From positions 50,552 to 114,551 of IMG/VR virus record IMGVR_UViG_649989997_000001: a DNA stretch of 64,000 bases; one strand, 5' to 3'. Source of the DNA: a virus (taxonomy: Duplodnaviria; Caudoviricetes). The position numbers were made by a program, and so were the translations under genes. Positions 36,947 through 48,827 of this stretch are shown piece after piece (the stretch's first letter is position 1; each line of letters starts with the position of its first letter). The notes below the pieces were generated by a model. It was not told the origin of the DNA. It saw nothing but the letters and a program-made list of their open reading frames with translations, and did not search any database.

Positions 36947-39470
36947 CTCCAAGGGCGTTTTCAACAGCAGGTCGAATGCGGTCGGCGACATGATCGGCGA
37001 GCATACGCATTCCCTCGTTGTCCTCCGTGACGGCGTTCTCGATTTGCACCTGTATGTGAATCTGCCGATTGTCTGTCATGGATGGTGCGGACTGAGCACC
37101 ATTGAAGGAAGAATTGACATTTTGTCCCCCTCCCTGCACAATCTGCGCCTGTTGTCCAAGCCCTGCCATCATCTGTGCATACGAGAACTCCTGCCCGTTG
37201 ACACGAATGCGGGAACTGTCATCACGCTGCTCAAGACGGAAGTTTGGCAGGAGATTCTCCATCGCCCATTTACGCCCGGACTGAAACTGCTGCAAGAGTT
37301 CCGGTGTCAGCCCCAGATCCTCTGCGGTCAGCTTGTTCTTCTTGCGAAGATACTCCATCAGCCCGACCTGCCCGGATGCCTTGAATACCTTCAACTCCTC
37401 CTTCTGGGAGCGGAGAACTTCCAGAGCGGCATTGCGCTTGGCATCGAGTTTTTGCTTCTCTGCCCAACGCGTCGCCTCGACCTCGTCCAGCCCCTTCTGT
37501 ACCCACGCATCCTTTTCGCGCTCAATCTCCGCAAGGCGATTCTCAAGTTCGGTCTTCCAGATGGCACTGATGTTGGAAGCGACATCCCGCTCCCACTGCT
37601 CCATCACCCGCGCCTTGCTCTCGCTGAGCCAGGTCTGCGTCTGCAGCTCGTCCAAGCCCTTCTGACGAAAGGCATCGGCTTCACGGGCGATGGAATCCAG
37701 CTTGTTCTGCAGGTCTGTCTTGTAGAGCGCATTCGCCTTGTCCACAACGTCCCGCTGAAAGTCGGCGTAGATTTTCGCTTCCTTTGCCAGACGGTATTCG
37801 TCGATGAGGTGCGGATCTGCGCCCTTCTGGAAGAAATCGAAGGATTCACGATCCAGTGTATGAAGACTGTTTTGGATGTCTGTGTGTGTCAGTGTATATA
37901 GGCTGTCCGTCAATTGTGCGGTCGCCTTTGCAGATTCACTGACCGTTTTTGCGGCATCTTTCTCAGCCGCCGCACGGGTTTTTGCAGCCTTGGCATTTTG
38001 CTCTTGCGCCTTGGCATTCTTCTCTGCCTCGGCACGCGCCTTCTCCTCTGCCGCCGCTTTCTCTTTGGCGAGTTTCTGCTGTTCTTGGTACTGCTTGTAT
38101 TCGTCCCCGTAGAGAGCGTCGAGAGCCGTACCACCGAGAAACGGAACTGCAATCAGAGGAGATGCCACGGGATGATTTTTCACGAGCCACGCATTTGCTT
38201 CTGCGTGTTCACTCACCTTATGAATCTGCTCGCCGACAAAGCCCGCAAGTTCTGCGACGGTCTTGAGTGCTTCGCCCCATCCGAGGACGGCATCCTTGAT
38301 CTCATCCTTGTTGTCGCGAATCGTTTCAACAAGAGACTCAAAGCCGTCATTGATCTCGGGCATGAGTTCCTCGGCGGCAGGGAGCAGCGCCGCGCCGAGG
38401 GCAAGTTTCAACTGCCCCGCTTCCATCTCCATCGCACGCCACTTGAGATAGGTCTCATGCGCCTGTGCCGGGTCGAGCAGCCCCGTGGTCTTGACCCGTG
38501 AGGAAATCGTCATAAGGTCTTCGTATTGTTCGAGAATGGGGATGAGTGACGCACCACGCGCTCCGAGGACTTCTGCGGTATACGCCTCCTCCATCCCCGC
38601 TTCACTTGCCGTCTTGTAACCTTTGGCGAGCTGTGCCAGCTGCTCATTGAGCGGCAGGAGATTGCCCTGTTGGTCTTTGAGCGCAATACCAAAGCGCGAT
38701 AGGGCGTGTGTGGTATCGTTACCCGAATTTCCCGCAGCGGATACCTGTTTGTCAAGACGAGCGATCAGCGGAATAATGCTCTTGATGTCCGTATCCGCAA
38801 GTTGGAACACCCGATTGAGCGTCGCCGCCTCACTCGCGGACACATGAAGTCGCTGTGTGAGCTTATAGACATTCTCGCCCGCAAGCATCGCGTCCTTGGT
38901 GATGTTAAACAGCCCTGCTCCTGTCGCCGCAACAGCCATAACTGCGGCCATTTTTGCCGAGAGGACATTGAATCCACTCGTTAGGTTTTTGACACCCGCC
39001 TGTGCCGCCGTCATGCCCGCCGAGATACGTCCGCCGAGCGCTCCGGAGAGTACCACACTTTCTTTTAGGCGGTTATTCAGCTTTCGCACCTCGGCTTCCG
39101 TCTGTGCGACGGTTCTCTGCTGTCGTAACAGGTTACTTTCGGCACGCCGATAGGACGCACTATCCGTGCCATCGTTTTTCTTTGCGGATTGGAGAACGGC
39201 GGCAAGAATCTGTTCCTTCTGCCGCTGAATATCCAACTCGCGGTTGATCGCCTGATGGCGCACCTTGATCTTATCCAGTTCCGTACCCACACCGTCGAGT
39301 TTGGCAAGGTCGGCATCCAGTTTCAGATGGATATTGTTTGCCTTGCTGTTCAGCCGCGCAATCGAATCCGAGATAGTCTTACCCGCTGTGTCAAAGTCCA
39401 GCTGCAGCCGTGCGATGTTGAGACCGATATCGAGATAGAGCTCATCAATCTTTTGTCCGCGCTTTGCCAC
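36918..39470 (-). CDS. Tail tape measure protein
   Basis: 850 aa, Ala/Lys/Glu-rich helical, directly after the tail chaperones. Confidence 0.75.
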   Translation of the reverse strand: MAKRGQKIDELYLDIGLNIARLQLDFDTAGKTISDSIARLNSKANNIHLKLDADLAKLDGVGTELDKIKVRHQAINRELDIQRQKEQILAAVLQSAKKNDGTDSASYRRAESNLLRQQRTVAQTEAEVRKLNNRLKESVVLSGALGGRISAGMTAAQAGVKNLTSGFNVLSAKMAAVMAVAATGAGLFNITKDAMLAGENVYKLTQRLHVSASEAATLNRVFQLADTDIKSIIPLIARLDKQVSAAGNSGNDTTHALSRFGIALKDQQGNLLPLNEQLAQLAKGYKTASEAGMEEAYTAEVLGARGASLIPILEQYEDLMTISSRVKTTGLLDPAQAHETYLKWRAMEMEAGQLKLALGAALLPAAEELMPEINDGFESLVETIRDNKDEIKDAVLGWGEALKTVAELAGFVGEQIHKVSEHAEANAWLVKNHPVASPLIAVPFLGGTALDALYGDEYKQYQEQQKLAKEKAAAEEKARAEAEKNAKAQEQNAKAAKTRAAAEKDAAKTVSESAKATAQLTDSLYTLTHTDIQNSLHTLDRESFDFFQKGADPHLIDEYRLAKEAKIYADFQRDVVDKANALYKTDLQNKLDSIAREADAFRQKGLDELQTQTWLSESKARVMEQWERDVASNISAIWKTELENRLAEIEREKDAWVQKGLDEVEATRWAEKQKLDAKRNAALEVLRSQKEELKVFKASGQVGLMEYLRKKNKLTAEDLGLTPELLQQFQSGRKWAMENLLPNFRLEQRDDSSRIRVNGQEFSYAQMMAGLGQQAQIVQGGGQNVNSSFNGAQSAPSMTDNRQIHIQVQIENAVTEDNEGMRMLADHVADRIRPAVENALGGDSNSYSHW

Positions 39471-39482
39471 CCTATCCCCTCC

Positions 39483-39686
39483 CTACATCACATCGTCAAT
39501 AAAGCGTTCACATTGCCGCTGTTCGCACAGTGCCGTTACCACAAGCTGATCGAGCAGGAACGCAATCTCATGTGCGTCAATCTCCTGCATCGTCCACCCG
39601 TAGGCGGACTGCAGCCGCTCGTAATAGCGCAGTAAATTCTGGTACGGAGAAAGAACTACGCCCCTTTCCCCGCCTCCCCGTTTGGG
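39483..39686 (-). CDS. Tail assembly chaperone GT extension (-1 frameshift product)
   Basis: Open in the -1 frame from the slippery heptamer C CCA AAC (39680-39686); YERLQSAYGWTMQEIDA. Confidence 0.65.
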   Translation of the reverse strand, partial: PKRGGGERGVVLSPYQNLLRYYERLQSAYGWTMQEIDAHEIAFLLDQLVVTALCEQRQCERFIDDVM

Positions 39687-39970
39687 AGGTTCACCAGTTT
39701 GGAAAACGTCAGCGACTGAATCCATCGAAAAAGCGCACGGGTGAGCGGCACAATGTCCGCCACATCCACATTTTCCTCCACGGATTCCCTTGTCACTTCC
39801 TCCCGTCCGAATCCAAGGACGATCAGGCGGACGTGCTCGTCCAAGAACATCTCAAGATCCATGTCCTGTTTCTCCGCATCAAAAAAGGCAAGGAACGTGC
39901 GCCAGACCTTCATCTTCGGAGGGGTCGGCGTGATTTCCCTACCCGCAATCCATAGCGTTGGTTTTTCCAT
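39656..39970 (-). CDS. Tail assembly chaperone (gpG-like)
   Basis: Between the major tail gene and the tape measure. Confidence 0.75.
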   Translation of the reverse strand: MEKPTLWIAGREITPTPPKMKVWRTFLAFFDAEKQDMDLEMFLDEHVRLIVLGFGREEVTRESVEENVDVADIVPLTRALFRWIQSLTFSKLVNLPNGEAGKGA

Positions 39971-39981
39971 GATACGCTCCC

Positions 39982-40167
39982 TCATACCTGCTCGTACCAC
40001 TTCGTCCCTGTCTCAGCAGCAAAGCCCGCCGCCTCCTCATCCGCTTTGGCGTAGGACAGCCCGTCGGAGAGTCGGTAGATCGCCTTTGCCGTGAGCGTCG
40101 GTGTGTCGAACTGAATGCTCTCCTGCTTCGAGTTGCCGCTCTCCGAGGGTTCGAGGAATTGGACTTT
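39982..40167 (-). pseudogene. Major tail protein, 3' fragment (separated by the satellite)
   Basis: KVQFLEPSESGNSKQESIQFDTPTLTAKAIYRLSDG...KWYEQV*; joins in frame to ...RYTKFY at 53879. Confidence 0.88.
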
Positions 40168-40231
40168 AGATAACTTCCCTTATGGATACCGCTTTCGCAA
40201 AAAATATGGCACATCCAGTCCGTAAAACCGA

Positions 40232-42303
<2,072 letters not shown>

Positions 42304-42440
42304 CCCGTCATAGAGATAAATAGCGGCTGTTGGAACGCAATACGGCGCAGTGCTGTCTCATATAAATCAAAGCCCTATCCTTCCTACCTGCCGAAAACAG
42401 ATACAGCGGAGCAAATCGCTCCGCCGTACCCATAACCCCT

Positions 42441-43370
42441 TTATGCAGTTATCTTGAGTGCCTTGACAGCCTCCCTGCGCATGAGTCTGCCATCCACGAA
42501 TTCCATGGCGAGATAACCGACTTGTCCGTGAAGCGCAAATTTCTCCTTGAGGGAGCGCACACGAACGGGAGAGCGATGAATCATCCAGTAGTAGCTGAAA
42601 TCTCCGAAAAGCACAGGAAATTTCCCGCTCTCGGCGTTTGGCATCCCCTCACCGATAACCACAGGCTTGCCGAGAATGGTGGCCTTATCGCTGTTCCAGA
42701 GATAGGCTCCGCTATCATCCTTCATCGTGCGAAGGAAAAGAGCCGTATCATCATTCATCAGCCATGTGCCTTTGCTGCGGTACTCCGGTTTCACCGATGC
42801 ATACAGCTTGATAAACTCATCGAAGGACAGCTTCTTGGCAGTCGCACCGACTTCCGCTCCTTTTTCGGCATGGAGAAGTCCTGTGGGCTTATTTGCCCCG
42901 TCACCGTTCAGAAAAGCATCGTCCTCGGCTTTGGCGAAGTTCTTGGCAAAGCGACGGGTAAGATGCTCCTCCATGTCGAAAGCGGCATCATGCACGAATT
43001 CCTCGGTCAATTTGACGAACACGGCAAGTTTATGGGAGTCCACCGGGTATCTGGTAAAGTCATTCAAGCCGTCATAGAGCGGGATGACACTTCCTTCCGG
43101 TACCCAGTTAGCAAAATCGGCGCAGTCATGGGCAAAGATGCGGCTTGCCCCACCATAGAACTTCACCGTGGTGCAGAGGTTCTGCGAAATGCTCTCCTGC
43201 TTGATGAAATCGTCCATAGAGGAAGCGTCTTCGGCGGGAAGCGTATACGCCGATACAGGTTTCCCCTCCGCATGGTCGAGAACCATGCAGTTGTACGGCT
43301 CTTGGCGCATGGCGTTCCAGAAATTTTTACGGTAGTCGGACGTACCGATGATATTGAAATTTGCAGACAT
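42441..43370 (-). CDS. HK97-fold major capsid homolog lacking the N-terminal scaffold region
   Basis: HKLAVFVKLTEE, AKAEDDAFLNGDGANKPTGLL, MKDDSGAYLW, FGDFSYY, VDGRL..EAVK align to the helper capsid 55695-56870. Confidence 0.88.
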   Translation of the reverse strand: MSANFNIIGTSDYRKNFWNAMRQEPYNCMVLDHAEGKPVSAYTLPAEDASSMDDFIKQESISQNLCTTVKFYGGASRIFAHDCADFANWVPEGSVIPLYDGLNDFTRYPVDSHKLAVFVKLTEEFVHDAAFDMEEHLTRRFAKNFAKAEDDAFLNGDGANKPTGLLHAEKGAEVGATAKKLSFDEFIKLYASVKPEYRSKGTWLMNDDTALFLRTMKDDSGAYLWNSDKATILGKPVVIGEGMPNAESGKFPVLFGDFSYYWMIHRSPVRVRSLKEKFALHGQVGYLAMEFVDGRLMRREAVKALKITA

Positions 43371-43372
43371 AA

Positions 43373-43705
43373 TCAAAATCCTCCCTTTTTCTTATCGCAT
43401 ACCCGGCAGGCATACAGCCCCAGTTCATGATCGTTCAGACAATGTCCCACCTGCTTCAAGAGATTGCCGCACTTGGGGCATTCAATGTCATAAACCAATG
43501 CCATATCCAGTGTGTGGGAATTCTTGGCATGAAGACGATAGAAGCCGCGCACCTCGTTATACTCGTTGCGCACCAATTCACGCGTCATATAGAGATCGTA
43601 GATGCTGCGTGTGTGCTCCTCCGAGCAAAGATTGTTCTGCGGATGAAGGCGAGTGCCGTTCTTGACGGTAGGGATAAGGGGATAGTTTTGAGCGTGATGG
43701 AACAT
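43373..43705 (-). CDS. Zinc-ribbon protein
   Basis: CPKCG...CRVCD; RBS AGGAGG. Confidence 0.65.
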   Translation of the reverse strand: MFHHAQNYPLIPTVKNGTRLHPQNNLCSEEHTRSIYDLYMTRELVRNEYNEVRGFYRLHAKNSHTLDMALVYDIECPKCGNLLKQVGHCLNDHELGLYACRVCDKKKGGF

Positions 43706-43782
43706 ACAGTTCCTCCTTCCTGCTGCAAGCAAGGCAGCAATACAGCGGCAGACGCTTCTCATCTGTCGCGTTGACATTCGAC

Positions 43783-44154
43783 TTATGATCTTGCTGTGGC
43801 GTTCCTGCCACACATTTCCGGATGAAGCATTTGAAAGAGCGTGTCTCTGTCCCCCTTCCCGGAGCGAATCAGCTCCTCGGAATAGCGGAGAAGTTCCTCT
43901 GCTACATCCCCGATGCTTCCGCGAGGAACATCGGAAACGGTCTTCACAATGAGGCAAGCCGGCGCACTGTTTCCGTGCCACAGATAGAGCGTTGCCCTCT
44001 TGTTTTCCTTGCTCGTATGCACGCCGCTGATTTCCACATGGAAGCCGTTGCCGAAATCGCGGTAAATGACCCGCTCAAGGTCAATGGTGGCGATAATGTA
44101 ATTCTTGCCCAAGGACTTGCACAAGTCCCGAAGCATACGGTCTCGTTTTGACAT
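43783..44154 (-). CDS. Hypothetical protein
   Basis: MSKRDRMLRDLCK...; RBS GGAGG abutting MITE copy 4. Confidence 0.65.
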   Translation of the reverse strand: MSKRDRMLRDLCKSLGKNYIIATIDLERVIYRDFGNGFHVEISGVHTSKENKRATLYLWHGNSAPACLIVKTVSDVPRGSIGDVAEELLRYSEELIRSGKGDRDTLFQMLHPEMCGRNATARS

Positions 44155-44169
44155 ATATACAGCCTCCCT

Positions 44170-44338
44170 TAAGGGAATCGCTGATAAAATGAAGTCTGTC
44201 AGATTGGCGTAGATTTTTTCGTCCGAACAAGGAGGCAAACCGGACGCATAGCCAAAGCTATGTGGAGGATTTGCCGACAAAGTTCGGGCAAAAAAGATGC
44301 GTCAAGATGATGCGGCTGAATTTATCAGTGCTTCCTTA
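44170..44338. repeat. MITE-like repeat, copy 4 (inside the satellite)
   Basis: Near-identical to copy 1. Confidence 0.85.
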
Positions 44339-44394
44339 AGATTTTCACTAGCGAAAATGCAGGTTTTCTCCGGCATGACAGCAGTCGGTGATTT

Positions 44395-44743
44395 GTTGTG
44401 ACGGCGTGATTCTTCCCGTGCTTGCTGCGTGACAATGAAAAACACGCGCAACGGCTTATCCCGCAGGGCTTTACAGATTTTCACGACATCCGTGACAGAA
44501 CCTCCCCCGTTCTTTTCATATCTTTTATATCTTTATACTTCATATCTATATCTTCCTAACGTTTTCAAATCCCCCCAAGAAGTTTGAAAAACTGTCACAC
44601 CGTTCACAGGTTGACTTAATCCCTTGAGATGATTGGCTTCCTCGTGTGATTCCTATGGTTTCAGACCGTCACAGAGGAATCACGGAGCATAGGCAAAAAC
44701 AGCGCAATTCCTGCATTCACGGGCAGTCATAGAACTGTCACGT
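44395..44743. other. Putative satellite replication origin
   Basis: Many GTGAC/GTCAC/TCAC iterons in both orientations flanking an AT/pyrimidine-rich tract (~44510-44560), just downstream of the primase. Confidence 0.55.
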
Positions 44744-47038
44744 TCAGGCGAGAAAGTCCTCCGAAAAGTCGCCTGCCGCATAGAAATCAAAGGTTTTTCG
44801 GTAGTGCATCATCACTTCCTGCGTGAGCGTGAACTTCCTGTAATATGTGCCTGTGCGCGTGTGGAGCGAGATGTCCTTGAAGGTGCTGCCCACGTGAGCC
44901 GCAAGTTCGTCACGAAACTCCTTCGCCGTCTTGGAGAAGCCATGGTTGTTGTCCTGACACCAAGCCTTGTACACATTGTAGATTCTCCCCGTAGTAGCGC
45001 CATCGGTGTATTTCGACTCCTCTCGTTCCTCCATGCATTCCTCGAAGAAGCAGATAACCGTATTATTCTCTCTGCGGTAGGTCTCACGAATCACATGAAT
45101 AGATTCCGGCTCGGAGAACCGATAGCCGTTGGCGATGACCGTCTGCAAGGCCGTCACAGCCTTGTAGACAATGCCCTCCCGCTCGGCATACATCTTCTCG
45201 AGAAGCAGCTTGTCCTGCGCATCCTTCGGAATTGGATTGGGGCAGTTCACTGCCATGATGCGGTTATACACCCACTTCCCATCATCCCCGCCGAATTTTG
45301 GCAGACGGTTCATACAGAACCAGAGGAGACCGCCGTAGGTAAATTCAAATCCCTGCTGTCCTTTGAACTCGGCAAAAAGGCTGTCCCCACCTGTGATTTT
45401 CTTGAAGGTCTTCAATTCCGCAACGGTAAGGAAGCTCATATCGGAACTTCCCGCAAGACGTGTGCCGTAGAGTGTTCCCGTTCCGAATCGCGCCTCAATC
45501 TCCGCGAGGTCAATGCCGATGTAGTTTCCTGTGCCCAACAGCCGCTCCACGAGGCTCTTTAACTGTGACTTTCCCGTATCTCCCTCCCCCACGAGGAAAA
45601 GTGCTTTTTTCATGCGCCATCCCTTCACATTGGAGATACACGCTCCCATGAATTCAAGGAGGAGCTGCCGAATGGCTGCATCACCGCCCGTCAGTATATG
45701 CATATAGCGGTCAAATACAGGCGTCGGCGTTTCCTTCCCCGTCCAGTTGCAGGGAATTTGAATGGTAGACATCGCCTTGGGAGAGTGCGGATGGAGCACG
45801 GCTTCCGCAGCGGACACATAGAGCAGGCCGTTCCGAAAGTTGATAAGACGCTCATCGGCGTCGAGCTTTTCCTGCGGCACATAGTCGAGGTCGGTCGCTA
45901 GAAGCTGAAATGCCTCGTTGATCGGCTTGATGCGCACCAGTTCCTCGTCATAATCGGCGATGAATTTCTTGATGACGCCCTTCATCATGTCGTCGGCATA
46001 GATGCGGTAAGCGCCCCGCTCGTATACGTACTTGATCATTCCCTGCTTCCCGCTGTTCCGAACGAGGATGTAATCCAGATGTTCCCGCACATACTTGGCA
46101 AGCATGGAAGGCTCCACATACGGTGCGCCCGTCTTCTCATGAAAGCGGATAAAATAGGGATGCTCCATCTTAGAGCGATGGAACACGCCTTGACAGGCTT
46201 CAATCCCGACCGCGATGGTCGCCTCCCGATAATCCTCCCGTTCCCACTTCTCACGATAGAGCGCGGATTGACGGAAAATGGCATCGATCATCTCGGCATC
46301 CGCACCGGTACGAAAGGCAATCAAGGCACAGAGGGCGGCATCCGCCTCCGATGGAGAGCCGTAGCCCGTGATGTCCCCACGGTCAAAGAGCGCGGCGAAC
46401 TTCTCGCCGTTCTTCTGCTCCCGTAGCTTGGAGATGGTGTTGTAGATATTCCTGTCCCCATCCCGCTTGGCACTGTACTTCTGCTTCTTGGAGCGGCGCA
46501 TATCCTTATCCAACGTGGTAAGAACGGCTGCCGTGCAGTCTTTGAGCGGCTTGTCGCTTATGACGTTTCCCGTAAAGACGGCGAAGCGATTGGTCATACC
46601 ACCGACATACAGTTCGATTTTGGTTTTGGGATGCTTGGTGTAGTATGTCTTGTCGAGTTTCCGCTGACCTTTGCCGTCAATATAGGAGGGGATCTTCTCC
46701 CGATCGCATTTTCCGTAGAAGTGTATGCCCTCGCCACTGACAGAATGCTCGGCGTACGTATCGAACCTTCGGAGCATGGTCTGCACCAGAGGATCATCCA
46801 AACCTCTGTGGTCGATGTCGAGGAATACATATCCTTCGGGAATAATGAATCCAATGCCGTCAAAGTGCTTCTCCTTGGAGGCCGTCAGAGCCTCATCATA
46901 CGTTACCCAAGAATGTCGATGCGGTGCATCCGTTCCCGTTGCCGTTCCATAAGCCGAGAACGGCTTTTTCGTCCTGTTCCCTTTGACCATGGTGTATCGC
47001 CAACACACCCATATCTTCTGTGCTTTCAGCTCCTGCAA
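44744..47038 (-). CDS. P4/D5-type primase-helicase (PrimPol + D5_N + SF3)
   Basis: FLDIDH, YAEHSVSGEGIH, INFRNG, GEGDTGKS Walker A, KKITGGD. Confidence 0.9.
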   Translation of the reverse strand: MQELKAQKIWVCWRYTMVKGNRTKKPFSAYGTATGTDAPHRHSWVTYDEALTASKEKHFDGIGFIIPEGYVFLDIDHRGLDDPLVQTMLRRFDTYAEHSVSGEGIHFYGKCDREKIPSYIDGKGQRKLDKTYYTKHPKTKIELYVGGMTNRFAVFTGNVISDKPLKDCTAAVLTTLDKDMRRSKKQKYSAKRDGDRNIYNTISKLREQKNGEKFAALFDRGDITGYGSPSEADAALCALIAFRTGADAEMIDAIFRQSALYREKWEREDYREATIAVGIEACQGVFHRSKMEHPYFIRFHEKTGAPYVEPSMLAKYVREHLDYILVRNSGKQGMIKYVYERGAYRIYADDMMKGVIKKFIADYDEELVRIKPINEAFQLLATDLDYVPQEKLDADERLINFRNGLLYVSAAEAVLHPHSPKAMSTIQIPCNWTGKETPTPVFDRYMHILTGGDAAIRQLLLEFMGACISNVKGWRMKKALFLVGEGDTGKSQLKSLVERLLGTGNYIGIDLAEIEARFGTGTLYGTRLAGSSDMSFLTVAELKTFKKITGGDSLFAEFKGQQGFEFTYGGLLWFCMNRLPKFGGDDGKWVYNRIMAVNCPNPIPKDAQDKLLLEKMYAEREGIVYKAVTALQTVIANGYRFSEPESIHVIRETYRRENNTVICFFEECMEEREESKYTDGATTGRIYNVYKAWCQDNNHGFSKTAKEFRDELAAHVGSTFKDISLHTRTGTYYRKFTLTQEVMMHYRKTFDFYAAGDFSEDFLA

Positions 47039-47070
47039 AATATCACCTCCTTTGCAAAATCAGTCATACA

Positions 47071-47250
47071 TTACGCTTTGGGGCTTGCTTCCTTGACAAG
47101 CCACGTATGGAACGCCTCGACGGGAATGAGGATTCTCGCTCCCACCCGGATGCTCGGAAAGTCTACACGGCGAGTCAGGTCGTATGCCATCGGCAGACTG
47201 ATGCCCATCCGCTCCGCCAATTCCCGCACGCTCATGGTCGTTTTCTCCAT
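47071..47250 (-). CDS. Excisionase/AlpA-like HTH protein
   Basis: TMSVRELAERMGISLPMAYDL...FPSIRVGARILIPVEAFHTWL. Confidence 0.88.
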   Translation of the reverse strand: MEKTTMSVRELAERMGISLPMAYDLTRRVDFPSIRVGARILIPVEAFHTWLVKEASPKA

Positions 47251-47709
47251 ATACACCTACCTCCCTTAAAAATGGGCAAACAAAAACCACTCGAATATTC
47301 GAGCGGCGCGTATGCGTCCTATTCTGTTATGCCAGCTTGAGCGTTGCTTGTCGCCCAATCCGTATTCGTTGGACGGCATTGTAGGCGGTCATGTCCTTGA
47401 CACCGAAGATGTTTTTCTTCTCAAGCCCCTCCTCTCGATGCTTCCTTCGCCGATTCTCCCGTTGTCGTTTTCTGTCCTTCACGGTGGATCTCCTCTCAAA
47501 ACAAAAAGACTCCTCCCTTGATACGGGAAACCGCCGTTTCCGGCTGACATCCGCTGACGATTGGGAACGTGTTTTATTTTCTTGAAAAAATTTTTTTCAC
47601 ATCCTCTTGTATTTATCTCTATTCTACTATAAACTATAACCGTAATCAACACATTCACACTCACGCTTATACTTACTCTAACGCTTACTATCAAATGATT
47701 GGTGTGATA

Positions 47710-48827
47710 ATGATGGGATATAGACGAACCAACGCCGGCATGAGAGCCAACAAGCAGACGGATATGCTCGGTTTTGGAGAAGTCGGCGGCGTGGGACAGC
47801 TTGTCTACCACAGCTTTCGCTTTGCCGATTATGAGATTGATTATTTGAAGGACGGCACTTGGGCTGCCATCCCCGTATGCGACGCTCATCATCCCCCGGA
47901 TGTAACGCAAAAGGATTACATTTCGGGAGGATACATACTTTCTACCTTGTGCAATCTGGCAAAAAAATAAATGACCTCCCAAAAGAGAAGCCATTCACGG
48001 ATTTGATTTTGGACTGGTGCAAGGATGTGATGCACCCTTATCATATAGATGAAGTCTACGGCGAATTGACGGATGAGCAATTCGACCTTGGCGATATGAC
48101 AGCGGAGCTTGCTGTCCGTGATGCCACCTTCTCCCTTCATACCTTTATGGAAGAACTCGGGAAACTCTATGATACTGCCCGTTTCTACACGGCTCTCATG
48201 CGGATTTGCGAGGGAGATTCCGATGAAACCTACGATATGTACGATGAAGATAAACGCTTCCCGGGGCTGCCGTACTTGGAGCGGTACAAACACAGTATGC
48301 GCGCACCAAAAAATATAGATGTGAGTGCCGCCAAGGGGGACTTGCTCAAGGAAATGCAAATCGAGTGCGCGTATATGGAAGCGCACCCTTCTGAGCAGCC
48401 CAAAGAGGGAGATTACGCCGCAGAGCCTTTCGATGACTACGATCGGCTGCGGGATTTGCTCATGGAAAGCGTCCCGGATTTCCGTCTGCGGCTCAAGCTA
48501 AGTCCGAAAACAGGACGTATGACCTTTGCCGTGGATGTGGATTCGGTCTTTGAGATTGCTTGGCTCACCCTTGCCCACATGATGTCAGAAGATCCCATCG
48601 AGGAACACCACGGCGGTTCTCACGAAGGATTGACGGGCGTTATGATGACCTGCCGCCACTGTGGGGACTTCTTCATTCGCAGAAACAATCGGCAGGAATA
48701 CTGCGACAAGGAAAAATGCCAGAAAGCACGGAATGCCAAAAATCAGCGAGAATTTCGCAATCGCAAGAGAATGTTAAAGGCGGGAAAGAAAATGCAAACG
48801 GAGGAGAATTACAATGGCAAAGCTTGA
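47710..48827 (+). CDS. Putative regulator with C-terminal CGNR-like zinc finger; split at an A7 tract (47961-47967)
   Basis: Divergent from xis; CRHCGDFF...QEYCDKEKC...NQREFR; the two ORFs fuse by a -1 shift. Confidence 0.6.

Noticed and set aside
43783-44484. ORFs or ORF extensions 44155-44280 and 44302-44484 (also 23963-24319 and the C-terminus of 26102-26860)
   Set aside because: They read through the MITE-like repeat and are not real coding sequence
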